Source of the DNA: Eledone cirrhosa
Lineage: Eukaryota
Direction: 5' to 3'
NCBI GenBank assembly: GCA_964016885.1
Contig: OZ024742.1
Location: 325,500,001-325,564,000, forward strand
DNA: 64,000 nucleotides
Shown here: positions 1-15,154 of the stretch, piece after piece
How the letters are laid out: each line of letters starts with the position of its first letter
How positions within the stretch are numbered: position 1 is the stretch's first letter
The notes under the pieces: model-generated
What the model was told of the DNA's origin: nothing
Database searches by the model: none
The model's input: the letters and a program-made list of their open reading frames with translations, nothing else
Translations under genes and position numbers: made by a program

Positions 1-204
1 TTTGTATATATGCATAACGATATATATTCTTGTATGATATTAATAAATAAAGTTATTTTGTTTGTGTCCATAAATTCACAAAAACATTTAATCAGGCGCC
101 GACATACTTACATAATTATATACATAGCTACATACATACACAGATAAATAAATACATACATACAAACATACATACATCCAAACACATATGTAATATATAT
201 ATAT

Positions 205-305
205 GATAAAGAGTCAGAACCCTACGGTTGAGCTCTTGCTGTCTCAACACCTAGCCTGGAACTAGGGAGTAGAACGTGTCTGGTTTGCTAGGACTCAGTG
301 CTAGT
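205..305 (-). mobile_element. Degenerate fragment of HHR-bearing TA-targeted element 'family A'
   Basis: gagtcagaaccctacggttgagctc resembles gagtcagggccccgacg (13619) and ggaccccaacggctgagct (3214); starts right after a (TA)n run. Confidence 0.35.
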
Positions 306-1226
306 TAAACGTGTGTGTTTTCTTGTGGGATTAATTACAACTATATGGATTTAAGAGACAAGAGGAGGAATAGATGGGTTTTATCCATCTCACTATATTA
401 ACCACTGGGAATTATTCAATTCTAGCTGGTTGAAAATACTGGGACCTTATTTTTTTAATGGAATCTCTGTTTTGTGGAGGTGACCGATCCTAAAATCCAT
501 GACTTTGATGATGTGTCTAAAGTTATTGAGGCTTTACTTTTGTGGGTGAAATGTTTGCAATATGTGAAGAAAATATCAATGTTTTCTAAAATTTGACTAT
601 GATTCAGATGGTTATCATATTGCGTATATGATATCTTAAACCTACATATACGTCATGAACATCTGAAAAGAAATTGAGCTTAAAGAAGATAAATTCCGTT
701 AGATATACAACGAATAATTTTAATTTTATTTTTATATATAGGAACACACCAGCCTGTTTCTAAGATCAATTATTCCCGTTGTAATTTGCATTCATAGTAT
801 CTATTAACCAGCCAATGTAAAGTAGTGTCATATTAAAATCAAAATATCTTAAAATGAATCCTTTATGAGTTATCATCTGGTCAACACCAGTGTAATTGTA
901 ATAAAGAAATATATATAAAGTTACATTTATTTTACTAACTTCACTGGGAATGAAGTCATACTAAATAGTAGATTCTAGAAGGAGAATTGATTTATGCAGC
1001 TGTCATTATTTCTATTAACAACTAAATACCTGAGAATATACCAATTAATTATCCATGACCTATCAAATAATATATTCGAAAATGTGTGTACATGATGTCT
1101 ACATATTTTACCAATGTTAGAGTTGCCTTCTTGCACACTGAAAAATTATGATCAATGGAATTAGATATTACTTTTAAACTATCATATACACACAAAAAAC
1201 ATCTATAGATAATATATTAAGGATAT

Positions 1227-1396
1227 CTGATTTAGGCACATCGCCAACAATTTGGGGGGAGCGGAAAGTGAATGAAATCGACCCCAACGCGTTACTGGTA
1301 CTTCATTTTTTCGACACTATAAGTTTGGGGATTTTAACTCAGAACATGCTATATGCCACAAAGCATGTTGTTCGACGTTCTTCCGTTACTGGTAAT
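1227..1396 (-). mobile_element. Degraded MetaSINE-type SINE
   Basis: ttaggcac...aaatcgacccc...ttactggtactt matches the reverse complement of the SINE body seen at 11983 and 33847. Confidence 0.6.
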
Positions 1397-1825
1397 GAGA
1401 TATTGAAATCCTAAACTTCTTGATCCTCCATATAATGGTTCACATTCTCTGTTGGCTATCATTCACATCATTTAAGGGGAAAAAACATCTGAAAAATATA
1501 TGACTTGCTTACCATGTAGTGAGCGGTTTTAATCGTTGAATATAAGTAACGGGAACTAATTTCTAAGAGTTTCCTTGCAGATCAGATACGTAAAATACAA
1601 AAAAAAGGAAATGTATTATAAAGTGTACTATGCGTTGTTATTTTAACAAAAGGTTTTATTGAGTTTTCTACAATTCCACACAACACACGTTTTCACATAA
1701 ACTTGCATTAAGTGCTACACACACATGTAAAAGAAACATCGTTTTTCTTAATATATATACATTCTACCACTCCACCGATTGTTCATTTTAGTACCACCAC
1801 CAGTAATTCACTGAATCACATACCC

Positions 1826-2457
<632 letters not shown>

Positions 2458-2639
2458 TATATTTTATATATATATATAAATGTGTGTGTGCGCGCGTGCG
2501 TGCGTGTGTATGTATGCGTGTATGGGCGTGTTTACGTGTATATATGAATGTGGTAGGTTTACGGTATGCAATGATATCACGGCATAACGTAGCCACGCAT
2601 GCCTAACCCGTCCTCACAGTTACCCTAGCATATATATAT

Positions 2640-3138
2640 AAATCAGGAAAGCAGAGTGACACGGTTTGCTATACAAAAAAGGTTTTTAATCTCATTGCTG
2701 ACAATTGTTTCTCTGAAATTGTTAGTATTGTTGTTATTGTTCTGATTGAATGCCATTACTATATACAGTAGCTATCCCTGTATATTCCCTTCATTCTCGC
2801 AAGCTCTGTCTGATGAATTGACTGGTTACAACTATGTATTGGTGATCGAATGACGTGAAAACAAGCGGGTAGCGATCTCTAGACCTACCATTTCAGAGAA
2901 ACAATTGTCAGCAATGAGATTAAAAACCTTTTTTGTATAGCAAACCGTGTCACTCTTCTTTCCTGATTTATCATTACTCCAAGTGTTAACAACATAGAAA
3001 TCACCGCGTACTCGCGACATCACTATGGAAACGCCTTGTTGAGACAAACTTAGCCAAGCGTTTTAATCATCCACTACTCGGAGTACCCTAACTGGACTAC
3101 ACTTAAGTGGAATACCTATAACAATAATCTGTTACCTC

Positions 3139-3139
<1 letters not shown>
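2640..3139. mobile_element. Asymmetric inverted pLTR-like element between (TA)n arrays
   Basis: 2640-2719 is the reverse complement of ~2890-2970; both carry GAAAC-AATT-GTC (HHR 3' half); long arm runs to the (TA)n at 3139. Confidence 0.65.
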
Positions 3140-3199
<60 letters not shown>

Positions 3200-3201
<2 letters not shown>

Positions 3202-3491
3202 GGAAAAGATTCAGGACCCCAACGGCTGAGCTGCGGCCGTTTCGACAGGTAGATCCCAACTAAGCCACCATATTTTGACTGTATGCCCATATATGGAATG
3301 TACCCCTCGATAAGTTCAGCTAGATTCCCGCCGTTTTAATACTGGTGGCTTAGTTCGGATCTAGCTGTCGAAACGGCCGGAGCTCAGCCGTCGGGGTCCT
3401 GACACTTTTCATATTACCCACCCTACTACCCTTAGTATTGTGTACTCTAGTGCGTTATGGTCGAACTGGTATCTTACCACACCATCTGTGT

Positions 3492-3492
<1 letters not shown>
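3200..3492 (+). mobile_element. Family A HHR-bearing non-coding element (long + arm, short inverted arm)
   Basis: 3203-3272 inverted against 3341-3410; 3' tail shared with 32417 and 48540-48624; flanked by (TA)n on both sides. Confidence 0.8.
3302..3397 (+). ncRNA. Type I hammerhead ribozyme with variant core UCGAUAA
   Basis: Stem I ACCCC/GGGGU; stem II CAGCUAGAU...AUCUAGCUG; GAAA; stem III ACGGC/GCCGU; GUC cleavage triplet at 3390-3392. Confidence 0.65.
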
Positions 3493-3522
<30 letters not shown>

Positions 3523-4446
3523 TTATTTATTTATCTATTTATATACATATGTATATATATTGTTCCTGACGGTGACTAAGTCTAACCCTATGTATATATA
3601 TAAGACTAGTCAGGTTCAGAGTTGCCACGTTGTGAAACTTCAAAATCTGACTAAAATGAAATGTCTGTTTCACACCTCGAAACTCACTAGACTGGTACTT
3701 ATCCCGGTTTCTTTGACAGACCCAGGTACTTAGACATACGCACACACACATGTATGTATATATGCATAGTCTTTACAATTATCTACTTTTCCATTAATTC
3801 AGATTTCTTTCATTCTTTAATAAATTATGTTTGGTATGGGCCTATGAACACTTCCGCAATTGTAGGTCTAGTTAGGCTTTTACAGATGTGTGAAGGTATA
3901 TGTTTGTGTCCATGCTTGTATTTATTAGTTTGTTCGTGGGTGTTTGACTACGTATTTATATATAGACTTTCATATACAAACGTAGTTATATGTTTCTTGC
4001 TCTGTTCTAATCCTCTAGAATTAATGAGCTGATGTTTGTATTGTGTCAGCTGCTTTATTAAATGCTGTAAATATTAAATGGGGAAGTTGCAGGTGTTTTA
4101 GAATAACACCAACAGTCTTTCTTTCATTCAATAAGTCACTTGAAATAGCACTTGTATTTTTATGTACAGCATTGTTATAATTAATCATTATTGAATAGGA
4201 TGAATAAATTTTACTTGTGGCCGTGAGAATTATTTCCTAATAGATTCATTGTCTTTTTAAGACTAGTGTTGTTGGTAAAGAAATTTATTTTAACTAATAT
4301 TAATTTTTTTTTCACGCTGTAGAAAATACACCTGAGTATTTACTTAAAACCAACCGACAGCATACCCAGCAAGATGTTTGGATATCATTCATTAGCTTGG
4401 CTGGTCTCACTTGCTTCTGACAGGACCCACTGGAAGGAATATCTAA

Positions 4447-4557
4447 AGAAGAAGAAGAAGAAGAAGAAGAAGAAGAAGAAGAAGAAGAAGAAGAAGAAGA
4501 AGAAGAAGAAGAAGAAGAAGAAGAAGAAGAAGAAGAAGAAGAAGAAGAAGAAGAAGA
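4447..4557. repeat. (AAG)n microsatellite
   Basis: Direct inspection. Confidence 0.98.
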
Positions 4558-5060
4558 GATAAGTTATACCTTGCTCAAACCAGTTAGGAGTTTTCTCAGG
4601 ATTATGCATAATTTCGTTTTAACATTTTACCAACATAACATGTGAAATAGATAGAAAATCTAACAATAAGTTTGATACGTTATCAATGCGAGAATAATTC
4701 CATTTGTGGGCTACCTTTACTGCCAACTCCAGTTCTTTCATAGTTATGTCTTGCCAAATCTGCCTTTCACAACTATTGTATGTTTCTTCCATGTTATCTA
4801 TCCATTCTGCATTTGCAGAAACTTCTTCAAATTCGTTAATCAAAGGAGATTCCTTTACTTGAATTGTCTGTGTCCCAATTTCCCTGTAAAACCTTTTTAC
4901 ATCTCACATAAACAGCTTATTTTACCTATGAAATTGATTTTTCGCTTTTCAAATCTTCTGACACTGAGTTTTCAATTGTAGTTTGTTTCAGGTGCCTTAA
5001 AAGCTTTCTTGAAAAGCCATGCCTTTAACTGTTTTGATGGAACTGGATTGGCATCTTAGA
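4558..5060 (-). pseudogene. R4/Dong-clade non-LTR retrotransposon fragment (region N-terminal to RT)
   Basis: Frameshifted translation KQKLQ..NKLFM*DVKRFYREIGTQTIQV..WIDN..DITMKELELAVKVAHKW..NPEKTPNWFEQGITYL, typical of R4/Dong ORFs. Confidence 0.75.
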
Positions 5061-6566
5061 TCTGCAAAGGGACTGTGTGAAATTAGCTGATATACGTGTG
5101 GGTGAACAATCATCAAAGTTTGATCATATGGTTTCAACTCTCTACCAAATACGGACTAGGTAGGGTGAATGCCTCAGTGCGTGACCACAATTACAAATAA
5201 CATTATACACAAACCACAAACTTTGGATTGGGTTGTATGTTTCTATTTTACATTTCTAAAACTACTAGTGCTCCAAATATTTACCTCTCTTTTGACATTT
5301 TATATTCCATAATGTGATTATTTCGACTTCAACAGGAGTTTGTAGCTCATGACACATATCTTGGTTTGCGATTTGGTACAGAGAAAGAAAGACACGGCGA
5401 GAGAAACAGTGGCAATGGAAGAGAGATGGACGGCCAAGATACAGAGAAAGAAGAGGAGTGGGTATAATCATATCTTCTTTTAGATACCACCTTACATTTG
5501 TGTTCAGTACATTGATGGCCTTGGCCAGAATATTTTACTTCTCTGATGTACATACATTTATATCATGGATGTCTCTTTGATCCAATTCTGAAGAAGAAAT
5601 CACGGAAACGAAAGAAAATAGGAATTAAGACAATGTGGGATGCCTTTCCTTTTTATTTTTTATACGAAATGTAACTCGTCTCTACATTTCTGTACATTAT
5701 TTATATAACAACAGTGTATTGGCTTTCTTAGGGAATATCAATCTGAGTTTTTAATCAAATATGGCAAACAAAAGATAATAGTGTAATCGATATGTGATCA
5801 TAACATTTCCAAAACTTTCTTGAACAAATACAAACAATAGGTTGGAGTTTAGAGGTTTTTGAAGTTGTTTTATGATTGATTCCTACTGTTATGTGAACTG
5901 TCAATATTGACTGTCTGTGTAATACGATAAGAATATAAAAGGGATGGATGATAAGATGCTTTCCCCCATCTTTTATTTAATGAAAAGGATTATCGAATCT
6001 AAGCGTCAAATTCGATTATGGCACAACAAGGTTTTCTATAGAAATACAGGTATTCAAATATAATATAATTGTGTGGCGCAGGCATTGGATTACATATGGA
6101 TACAATAATCAATTCGGCAACTCATGCCAAAATTTTATACATACGAATATGCTCCATTGTTAAATACAACTTGCGTTGGTGTTTTCAATTACTCCTGTAA
6201 TTCGCAAAGTATATTGCTATACAATATTGAAATACGTGTAAGCTTGTCAGCACAATGTGTAATGCTATGCTTTATTAGACCGTGCTAATATTTGTTTCAA
6301 GTATACAAATTTACACAGAGGCTCATTGTATAGACTCCATCGCTGGAAGTGCAAGGGTCGTATTTGATGGAATTTTGTTTGCTCTCCTTAAGTGAAATTC
6401 AATGTTTTAAGTTAAAGATAATTATCTATATCCTTATCTTTGAAAGGAATGTTTTTCATTCTCTGATAAATTCTGTATATCGGCTGCATTAGAACATAAT
6501 TGTATTATAGAATAAATGCGAAGCATTACATTTGTATATAAAGTTATTTACTGCGGAGACAGCGTG

Positions 6567-6646
<80 letters not shown>

Positions 6647-7439
6647 TCCATTTAGATTTAGACACTCCCTATGTAAAATATCTTTTTTATTTCGTTAAAT
6701 AGATGAATCTGGTCATAGAGTGTCAATAAGAAGTATATAGCGAGACTGGTTTTACTGCAGTAAAATTGGAGGCTGGTGATAATCCCTCTGAAGTTATAAA
6801 TAGATAATTTTATTATTAACTAGAAATTGTTGTTGTCGAATAGAAATCAATGTATTAGCAAGGAGAGATTAGATGCAGTTAGGTGGATTCATATGATATT
6901 ATTACACATTGATTAATGGCGAAATACATACTTTCAACCGTATGTGAAAGAGAAACACTTAAAAACATCAACAGCAAAACATTCAACGTTTCAGACATTT
7001 TGCAGCTATAAATGTTACCATGTCATTCTAAGCTAGCCATTCTGTAACTGAGGAAACTAATTTTACATGAAAGATATTGACAAAGGATTAAATCAAATAT
7101 CAGATAAGCAGATGTCTTTTGAAAGCAATTAGAAATTTTAATCGTGTATAGGAAGTAAAAAAATACATCCAATGTTTACTGAAAACAGATAGAAGCATTA
7201 ATATCCGATGTGGATTTTTCACTGCTTCAAAATGAATATTTATGCGAATAGACTTCCATCAGATAGGATTAGCTGAGTTGTTTTTGTAATAGAGAACTGG
7301 ATTGCTGTTTGTTTGCTGCGATAATATATCAAATTACGATTTGTCTATATAAAGTAAAACACCGTAATGCAATAGCACTTCAGTGAGATGTTCAGACAGG
7401 AGCGAGTTCTAATATTGTAATAGTATATCATATGCCACT

Positions 7440-7760
7440 GAGACGAAATTACGAGGCAGAATTAAGTGTAAGGAACCCAGGACATGCTGCAGTAATGCGC
7501 CAGTTTCAGCATTCGGGATACAGAAGAAGGGATGTAGTTGTAAAAGCCAAACTCACGATCTTCAATTCGGTATTTGTGCCATCCCTTACATAAGGTAATT
7601 AATTTTGGATAATGGCCGAATTAATACCATTGCGAATACAAGCGGCCGAAATAGGGTTCATCTGAAGATTCTTTGGAGTAACGTTACACGATGGAGTACG
7701 TAGCTCGGAGATCAGATTCGCTCCAGGTAGAGCTGCTACGTCCCCGAATTGACAGGTAAA
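7440..7760 (+). pseudogene. RTE-clade (Rex3/Expander-like) LINE fragment, RT C-terminal region
   Basis: AAVMRQ..AKLTIFNSVFVPSLT*GN*FWIMAE..RIQAAEIGFI*RFFGVTLHDGVRSSEIR. Confidence 0.8.
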
Positions 7761-7789
7761 TTCGTATTGTGAAAATGATCACCAAAAAT

Positions 7790-8811
<1,022 letters not shown>

Positions 8812-9381
8812 GTATATGTAGGTGCGAGCACGCATATTGTTTTTGGTGTATTTTTATGCATATAATTCAGAATGTCAGTGATGTATGAATAGAAGTAGAC
8901 GGGTGGGCTTAATAATACGTTTTAAAGACAGTAATCTAGAGAAAACAGCAGCCTAGTAAGCTTATTGGCAAGACATAAATACATCGGAAGAATTATAAAG
9001 AAATATATAATCATAGTATTAACGGTAATTGCTTTATCATGTTTATATATTGATAAGTTTATATGCGCAAGAATAGATATATCGATATATGCGTATATTA
9101 AGACGTTCTTTATGACTATGAATACATTTTCGTTTACATGATCGATATTGGCTGTTAACAGAATAATTCCAATAGTTAAACATTAAGTAGGGAAATCTGA
9201 ACATTACACTGTGTTAATTTCTCAGGGCGAAATATATATATATATATGGGCGGGGGGGGGGGGGGAGCATATATACATGTGTAAATATGTATATATATTT
9301 GTGTGTATGCGTGTGTGTGTGGGTGTATATATACATGTGTATATATGTATATATATTTGTGTGTATGCGTTTGTGCGTGTA

Positions 9382-9455
<74 letters not shown>

Positions 9456-9869
9456 CGTGGGTGTGTGTGTGGGTGTGTGTGTGTTCAAATGTAATGTTGC
9501 TTTCAATACGTCCCACTTGTATAAAACTATAGGAAAAAGATGTTGGAAATGTAATTGGAGTATTACAGAAGTTTTATTTACAATAATTTATGACTTTACC
9601 GGTTTCACAATTTCATTATTTTCAAAACTTAAGATAGAAGGAGAAATGTGTGGCTATGACGACTTCAAACTCGACTGTTGCTGGTGTGTTTGTAGGGAGT
9701 AATTTGCATTTTCAACTTTTTTCTATGTATATGTATATATACAAAAAATAAATATATGTGTGTGTGTACATGTGTGTATCACCACGAGATGTTCCTCGTT
9801 GATGTAAATTTTAAACTCGCACATTCATATATATATATATATATATATATATGAATGTATATATATATA

Positions 9870-11265
9870 TACATTGTTATACTTGGGGAGGGTCATATTT
9901 GTGTAATATTGCCAGAATTAATAACAGAACACACTGACTGTTTGGTTGGTTTTCGCTTTTCGCTTCTGTGTCTTTTCTATAGGTTAATTTAATTTATTCG
10001 GTCCTCAATGTTGCCATTGACTGACCAACGGTCAAAAGTACAGATGCAAACACATATATATAGTCTATCAAAGTTCTTTCGTTCCACATCTGCAACATCG
10101 TCAGTGGTGCTATTTATTTTCTACGCCATCTTTATTTAGTCTGTTTATATATTTATTTATTTGTTTATTTTATTTTGTTTTGCGCATGCGTTTGCGTGTG
10201 TGTATAGTGTTTTGTTTGATGTGTGTTCGTGATTGGGTGACTGTGTATTGGTTAATGTATTCTATCTTTACTAGTGTGTGTTTATATGTGTTTGTTGTTA
10301 TTGTGCTTTGTGTATGTATTTATTTATTTATTTATTTATCTATTTATTTATTTATTTATACTTCTCTTAGGTCAGTGTTGTTTGTTTGGGTGTTGTTGTT
10401 ATTCATTTCATTTTTTCTGTTTAGCCTTGGCCTTCTAAGTTCTATTTCATTGGCCTCTCTGATTTGACTATCTGCTGCGTCATTTCTATGTTTAGATATT
10501 ATTCTAACTTCTATGTTGTCTATGTTACCGTCGCGTTGTTGTCTGGCATGTTCGTATAGTACTGAACCGTTCTTTCGTCCTTTTAGTTCCCCCCAGTGTT
10601 GGTCTATCCTTTCACCTATGCTACGAGCTGTCTCGCCTATGTATGTTGTTGTCATGTTTCTGCAAGTACCCTCTGTACATCTTATGCTATAGACTACGTT
10701 TCTAGTTTTACAGTTTATCCGGGGGTTTACCTTACATATGTACATTTCCTATTAGTACAGTGGGTTTTCTTAAAAGGGTAGGTTTTGCTGATCAGGGATT
10801 TTATGGTGGTTCCTGCCTTTTCTACCACCTTAATCTTTAAGTGGGTCTTTCTCATGGCCTGTCTACACTGGTTAGCTAATTTCCCTCCAGGGGTAGCGTC
10901 CACAAACATGACACTCTGGTATCTCTGGTTGTCGTACCATGAGGTGGCTTTCCCTATCTTATGTCTAGCCCTATCTAAGCTATTCCATGATTTGCTCCTG
11001 TATAATGGGCAAATTCCTTTCATGCCCAGTTCTATGAGGGTTTTATACTTCTCCGTGGCTCCTTCGTATACTCTGATTGTGTCTCTTTGGTTGTAGCCAG
11101 AGAACTGCATGCGGTTGATGAAGTGTTGGATGTGCCTTTCCATTTCTGTTGGGTCGCACATGCGGGACACGTTCTTCATCACTCGTACCAAGTCTGCGAT
11201 CAGAATATTAAACTTAGCACTACTGGACATTGCTGAAGCCACGGAGAAGTATAAGACTCTCAAAG
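9870..11265 (-). mobile_element. 5'-truncated PLE ('family N'): RT thumb, GIY-YIG endonuclease, 3' UTR/pLTR
   Basis: ORFs 11263-10727 and 10745-10356 (one frameshift): SAMS..DLVRVMKNVS..FSGY..VMFVDATPGG; CKTRNVVYSIRC..YIGETARSIGERIDQH..QIREA..LNRKNE; ends in (TA)n. Confidence 0.9.
10067..10108 (-). ncRNA. Minimal type I hammerhead ribozyme (family N pLTR)
   Basis: ACCA CUGACGA U GUUgCA gaug UGgAAC GAAAG AA CUU/ UGAU; same layout as 27555-27597. Confidence 0.65.
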
Positions 11266-11283
11266 ATTCATATAACCCAAAAC

Positions 11284-11361
11284 AAGAAGAAGAAGAAGAA
11301 GAAGAAGAAGAAGAAGAAGAAGAAGAAGAAGAAGAAGAAGAAGAAGAAGAAGAAGAAGAAG

Positions 11362-11398
<37 letters not shown>

Positions 11399-11458
11399 TC
11401 ATCAATGACAACAATAACAACAATAACAACAACAACAATAACAACAACAACAACAACA
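11284..11458. repeat. (GAA)n(CAA)n trinucleotide array
   Basis: Direct inspection. Confidence 0.97.
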
Positions 11459-11982
11459 CCGAAAACTGGAACAAGTAGAACCAGAACTATAATTTGTTTT
11501 ATTATTATAGCATTAAATGGCGAAATATAAATTAAGTAAGCGTAGAACAAAAAGAGCCTCCAGGAGAGCTATAGAATAGTCATATAAATAGATAAAATTT
11601 ACGAACAGAATGAAATCAATTTTCTCTCTTCAAGGAAAGCAATAAATAAAAGCCGAGGTTGAAATGTCAGACACGTTTGAAGAGAAAAAATAGTAACAAC
11701 AACAAATATAGCATAACCTCTAAAATGTTCAGCTAAATATGGCACTATAGATTACTTGGTTAAAGCGGAGTCAATAATGAACCTAACTTCACCAATACTC
11801 GAAAAAATTTGACATAGATGAGATAAACATTCGTTGTCATGGTCTGTATATGGTATAAATGCATTGTCATCATTTTTCAGTGACCAAATCCTTTTAAACC
11901 TGAACCGACGTATCAGAAGCGATTGTGTTTTGGTAAAAGATGCGAGACATTCACTCGACCATTATATCTATACACACACACA

Positions 11983-12170
11983 CGGTGGATTGGCAGTATC
12001 GGTAGAGGGTCGGACGCCATGTTCTGACGCATAGAGTTACGGCCCTTGCCATTCTGAGTTCAAATCCCGCCGAGGTTAACTTTGCCTTTCATCCTTACAG
12101 GGTCGATAAAATAAAGTACCAGTAATGTATGGGGTAATTGCTGGCCTTGTGCCAAAAGTAGAAACAATTA
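11983..12170 (+). mobile_element. tRNA-derived MetaSINE-type SINE with target-site duplication
   Basis: Box A tggcagtatcgg, box B gagttcaaatcc, core ctttgcctttcatccttacagggtcgataaaataaagtaccag; TSD attatatctatacacacacaca at 11961 and 12167. Confidence 0.9.
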
Positions 12171-12218
12171 TATCTATACACACACACACAAATATATATA
12201 TATATACATATATGTATG

Positions 12219-12253
<35 letters not shown>

Positions 12254-12519
12254 ATATATATATGTGTGTGTGTGTAATGTAGGAAAGTAACACACATAAT
12301 AGAGAGAAAAAACTTTTCAGTAGAATGTTCTGAAGAGATTCTTTCAGTATAATATTAAAACGTTTATTTATTTATAAAGTGAATATTTCTGCATTTACTA
12401 TTTACTAATACCAATGTCAGCATTATATGCTTTTGCAACTGCGGATATGCATAAAGAAGTTATTTTGCATATTTATAGGAAGAATAAAAAGGGGAAGAAA
12501 AATTATTTTTATTATTCGT

Positions 12520-12680
12520 ATAAACATGTACCATAACTACATATAAAACCATATTTATTCTATTATATATATATTTCAAGGGTACCAAAACCTTGGTTAC
12601 GCGTGTATCAGATAAAATACAAAGTTTGTTTTATAAATGTTGACATAACCCAGAAAAGATACCTTAAGAGATATAAATAC
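12520..12680 (-). mobile_element. Degenerate Naiad-like pLTR fragment
   Basis: tataaaaccatatttatt..atatttca..tcagataaaataca..ttgacata collinear with pLTR 15312-15430. Confidence 0.55.
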
Positions 12681-12927
12681 ATACATATATATATATATAT
12701 GCGTCCGTTTGTGTGTCTGTCTGTGCGTCTCTCTCTTTGCGTATTATATATAGAAATGACGTAAACATGGCTAGTTCTATTCGAATGAATCAGTCCTAGT
12801 TATGTAAAAGTCATTTCTATATTAAATAAAGATACCTATGCTCTACTACCGTATTGAGTAACTTCTCTAACTCCGGTCATCTCACGATACCACTGATAAC
12901 AATTGACGCATTATTTATCTATCTATC

Positions 12928-13071
12928 TGGGCGGTAGATTGGTAGTATCAGTAGAGGGTCAAAGGCATGCTTTGCAGCATAAAGTTGCAGCCTTTTACTC
13001 TCTGAGATGAAATCCCGCCGAGGGTAACTTTGCCTCTCCTACTTATGGGGTCGGTAAAATAATGCACTGGG
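12928..13071 (+). mobile_element. MetaSINE-type SINE, partial
   Basis: gggcggtagattggtagtatcagtagagggtc..aaatcccgccgagggtaactttgcct. Confidence 0.8.
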
Positions 13072-13454
13072 ATATCTCTGAAGGTTTTAAAATGTTTATT
13101 TATAAACATACCGTATATCCCCAGATATACAAATTCACGTAGTTCATATATATATATAAGTATCTCCACTGAAAGGGTTCGTGAAACAGTCTTTTTAAGA
13201 CTATGTAGAGCATTTGTAGTTTTTTACAAATTGACGGATAAGTATTTAACCTTAATTTTATTCTGAGTTAAGACTCTATTGGTTTTCTCCCTGGATTTCA
13301 CAAAATCTGTGGATAAAATTTCTGTCTTGACTTTTTTTTAATTGAGTTTGAATTATTTTCCCATTCTTACGTTAAATACTTTCCATCTTGACCTTATAGG
13401 TCACTTATATATTATAAAATACTGTTGGCTTCTTGCTCACAATAATTTATTTAT

Positions 13455-13584
<130 letters not shown>

Positions 13585-13610
13585 AGAGAGAGAGAGAGAG
13601 AGAGAAGAAT

Positions 13611-13720
13611 TAGGAAAAGAGTCAGGGCCCCGACGCAGAACTCGCCGGGCGTTGCGACAGCTAGATCCGAACTAAGCCAGCAGTATACGAACCGCGGGAT
13701 TCTAGCGCAGCTTATCCTAA
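13611..13720 (-). mobile_element. Family A fragment
   Basis: cgacagctagatccgaactaagcca..ctagc..cttatc matches the reverse complement of 3308-3410. Confidence 0.7.
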
Positions 13721-13773
13721 AAATATTTGTCGATTTCTTGTCTGTCACGGGAGTCTATATATGTATGGTATTC

Positions 13774-14184
13774 TGAAGTAGCGATATATATGTGAATGTA
13801 GAATGTATATATAGTGTATTTTGCAATGCATTGTATGCTTAATTAAAAGCATTTTGAAGACCATACGCTATTGTTTTAAAGTAGTGACTATGTCACTTAC
13901 TTCTTTTTTCAGCAAACAGTTCCTGATTATTACTGGAATTCTATAAGAATCCAACATTCATAATTTTCTGCAAGCAAAGGGAGTTGTAAGCTCTGAGTCG
14001 TACCAACATTACAAAATAGAGATATATCAGTTTATCTCCCTTTGTTTGATGAAAAAAAAGAAGTAAGTGATACAGTCACTACTTTAAAACAATAGCGTAA
14101 GTTCTTCAAAATACTTTTAATTAAGTATACAGTGTATTGCAAAATATACTATATATACATTCATATATATATATCGCTATTTCA
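13774..14184. mobile_element. Foldback/MITE-like element with ~140-bp imperfect inverted repeats
   Basis: 13774-13918 versus reverse complement of 14043-14184 (e.g. cgctattgttttaaagtagtgact / agtcactactttaaaacaatagcg). Confidence 0.75.
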
Positions 14185-14214
14185 TATAAATATATATATT
14201 TATATATATATATT

Positions 14215-14322
<108 letters not shown>

Positions 14323-14342
14323 CATGTATATATATATATATA

Positions 14343-14435
<93 letters not shown>

Positions 14436-14439
<4 letters not shown>

Positions 14440-15154
14440 AATTAGAACATCTACTAACATATATATACAGACGCATGCCTATGTTCAATGCATGTGGATG
14501 CAGAACAATAATATGAGAGACGTAAAATAAGAAAATTATAAAAATTAACTTACTTACTAAAATTTCACTACAACTAATTAGTTTCTGAAAGGGAATAAAC
14601 ATAGTTTCCGAAGAAACGTACGGAGAAGCCTTTCGTCATCAGGGAAGTCTATTCTCAGATAAGTTTCCAGGTAATACGTGGACACAGGGAACTTATACAA
14701 ATATAATTCAGTGGATGGAAAAAAGCAAAGCGTGGACTAAGTTCCAAGCCATTGAAAAAATCACTGCCTACTGCGTCGGTGGCAAATTCAAAAGAATCAA
14801 TCACGTGACATCGAGGTCAATCAGTGAAGAGTGGTTTGTTAACAAGAGTGGTTTGTTGACAAACCACTCTTCACTGATTGACCTCGATGTCACGTGATTG
14901 ATTCTTTTGAATTTGCCACCGACGCAGTAGGCAATGATTTTTTCAATGGCTTGGAACTTAGTCCACGCTTTGCTTTTTTCCATCCACTGAATTATGTTTG
15001 TATAAGTTCCCTGTGTCCACGTATTGCCTGGAAACTTAGCTGAGAATAGACTTCCCAGATGAGGAAAGGCTTCTCCGTACGTTTCTTCGGAAACTAATTA
15101 GTTGGAGTGAAATTTTAGTAAGTAAGTTAATTTTTATAATTTTCTTATTTTACG

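Noticed and set aside
5336-5467. Possible + strand terminal exon EFVAHDTYLG..EEEWV*
   Set aside because: GA-rich low complexity, no recognisable homology or partner exon
11983-12075. tRNA genes at SINE heads
   Set aside because: Only box A/B remnants, no cloverleaf; part of multi-copy SINEs with TSDs
14715-14983. Twin 60-aa ORFs on opposite strands
   Set aside because: Mirror products of the palindrome; no protein motif
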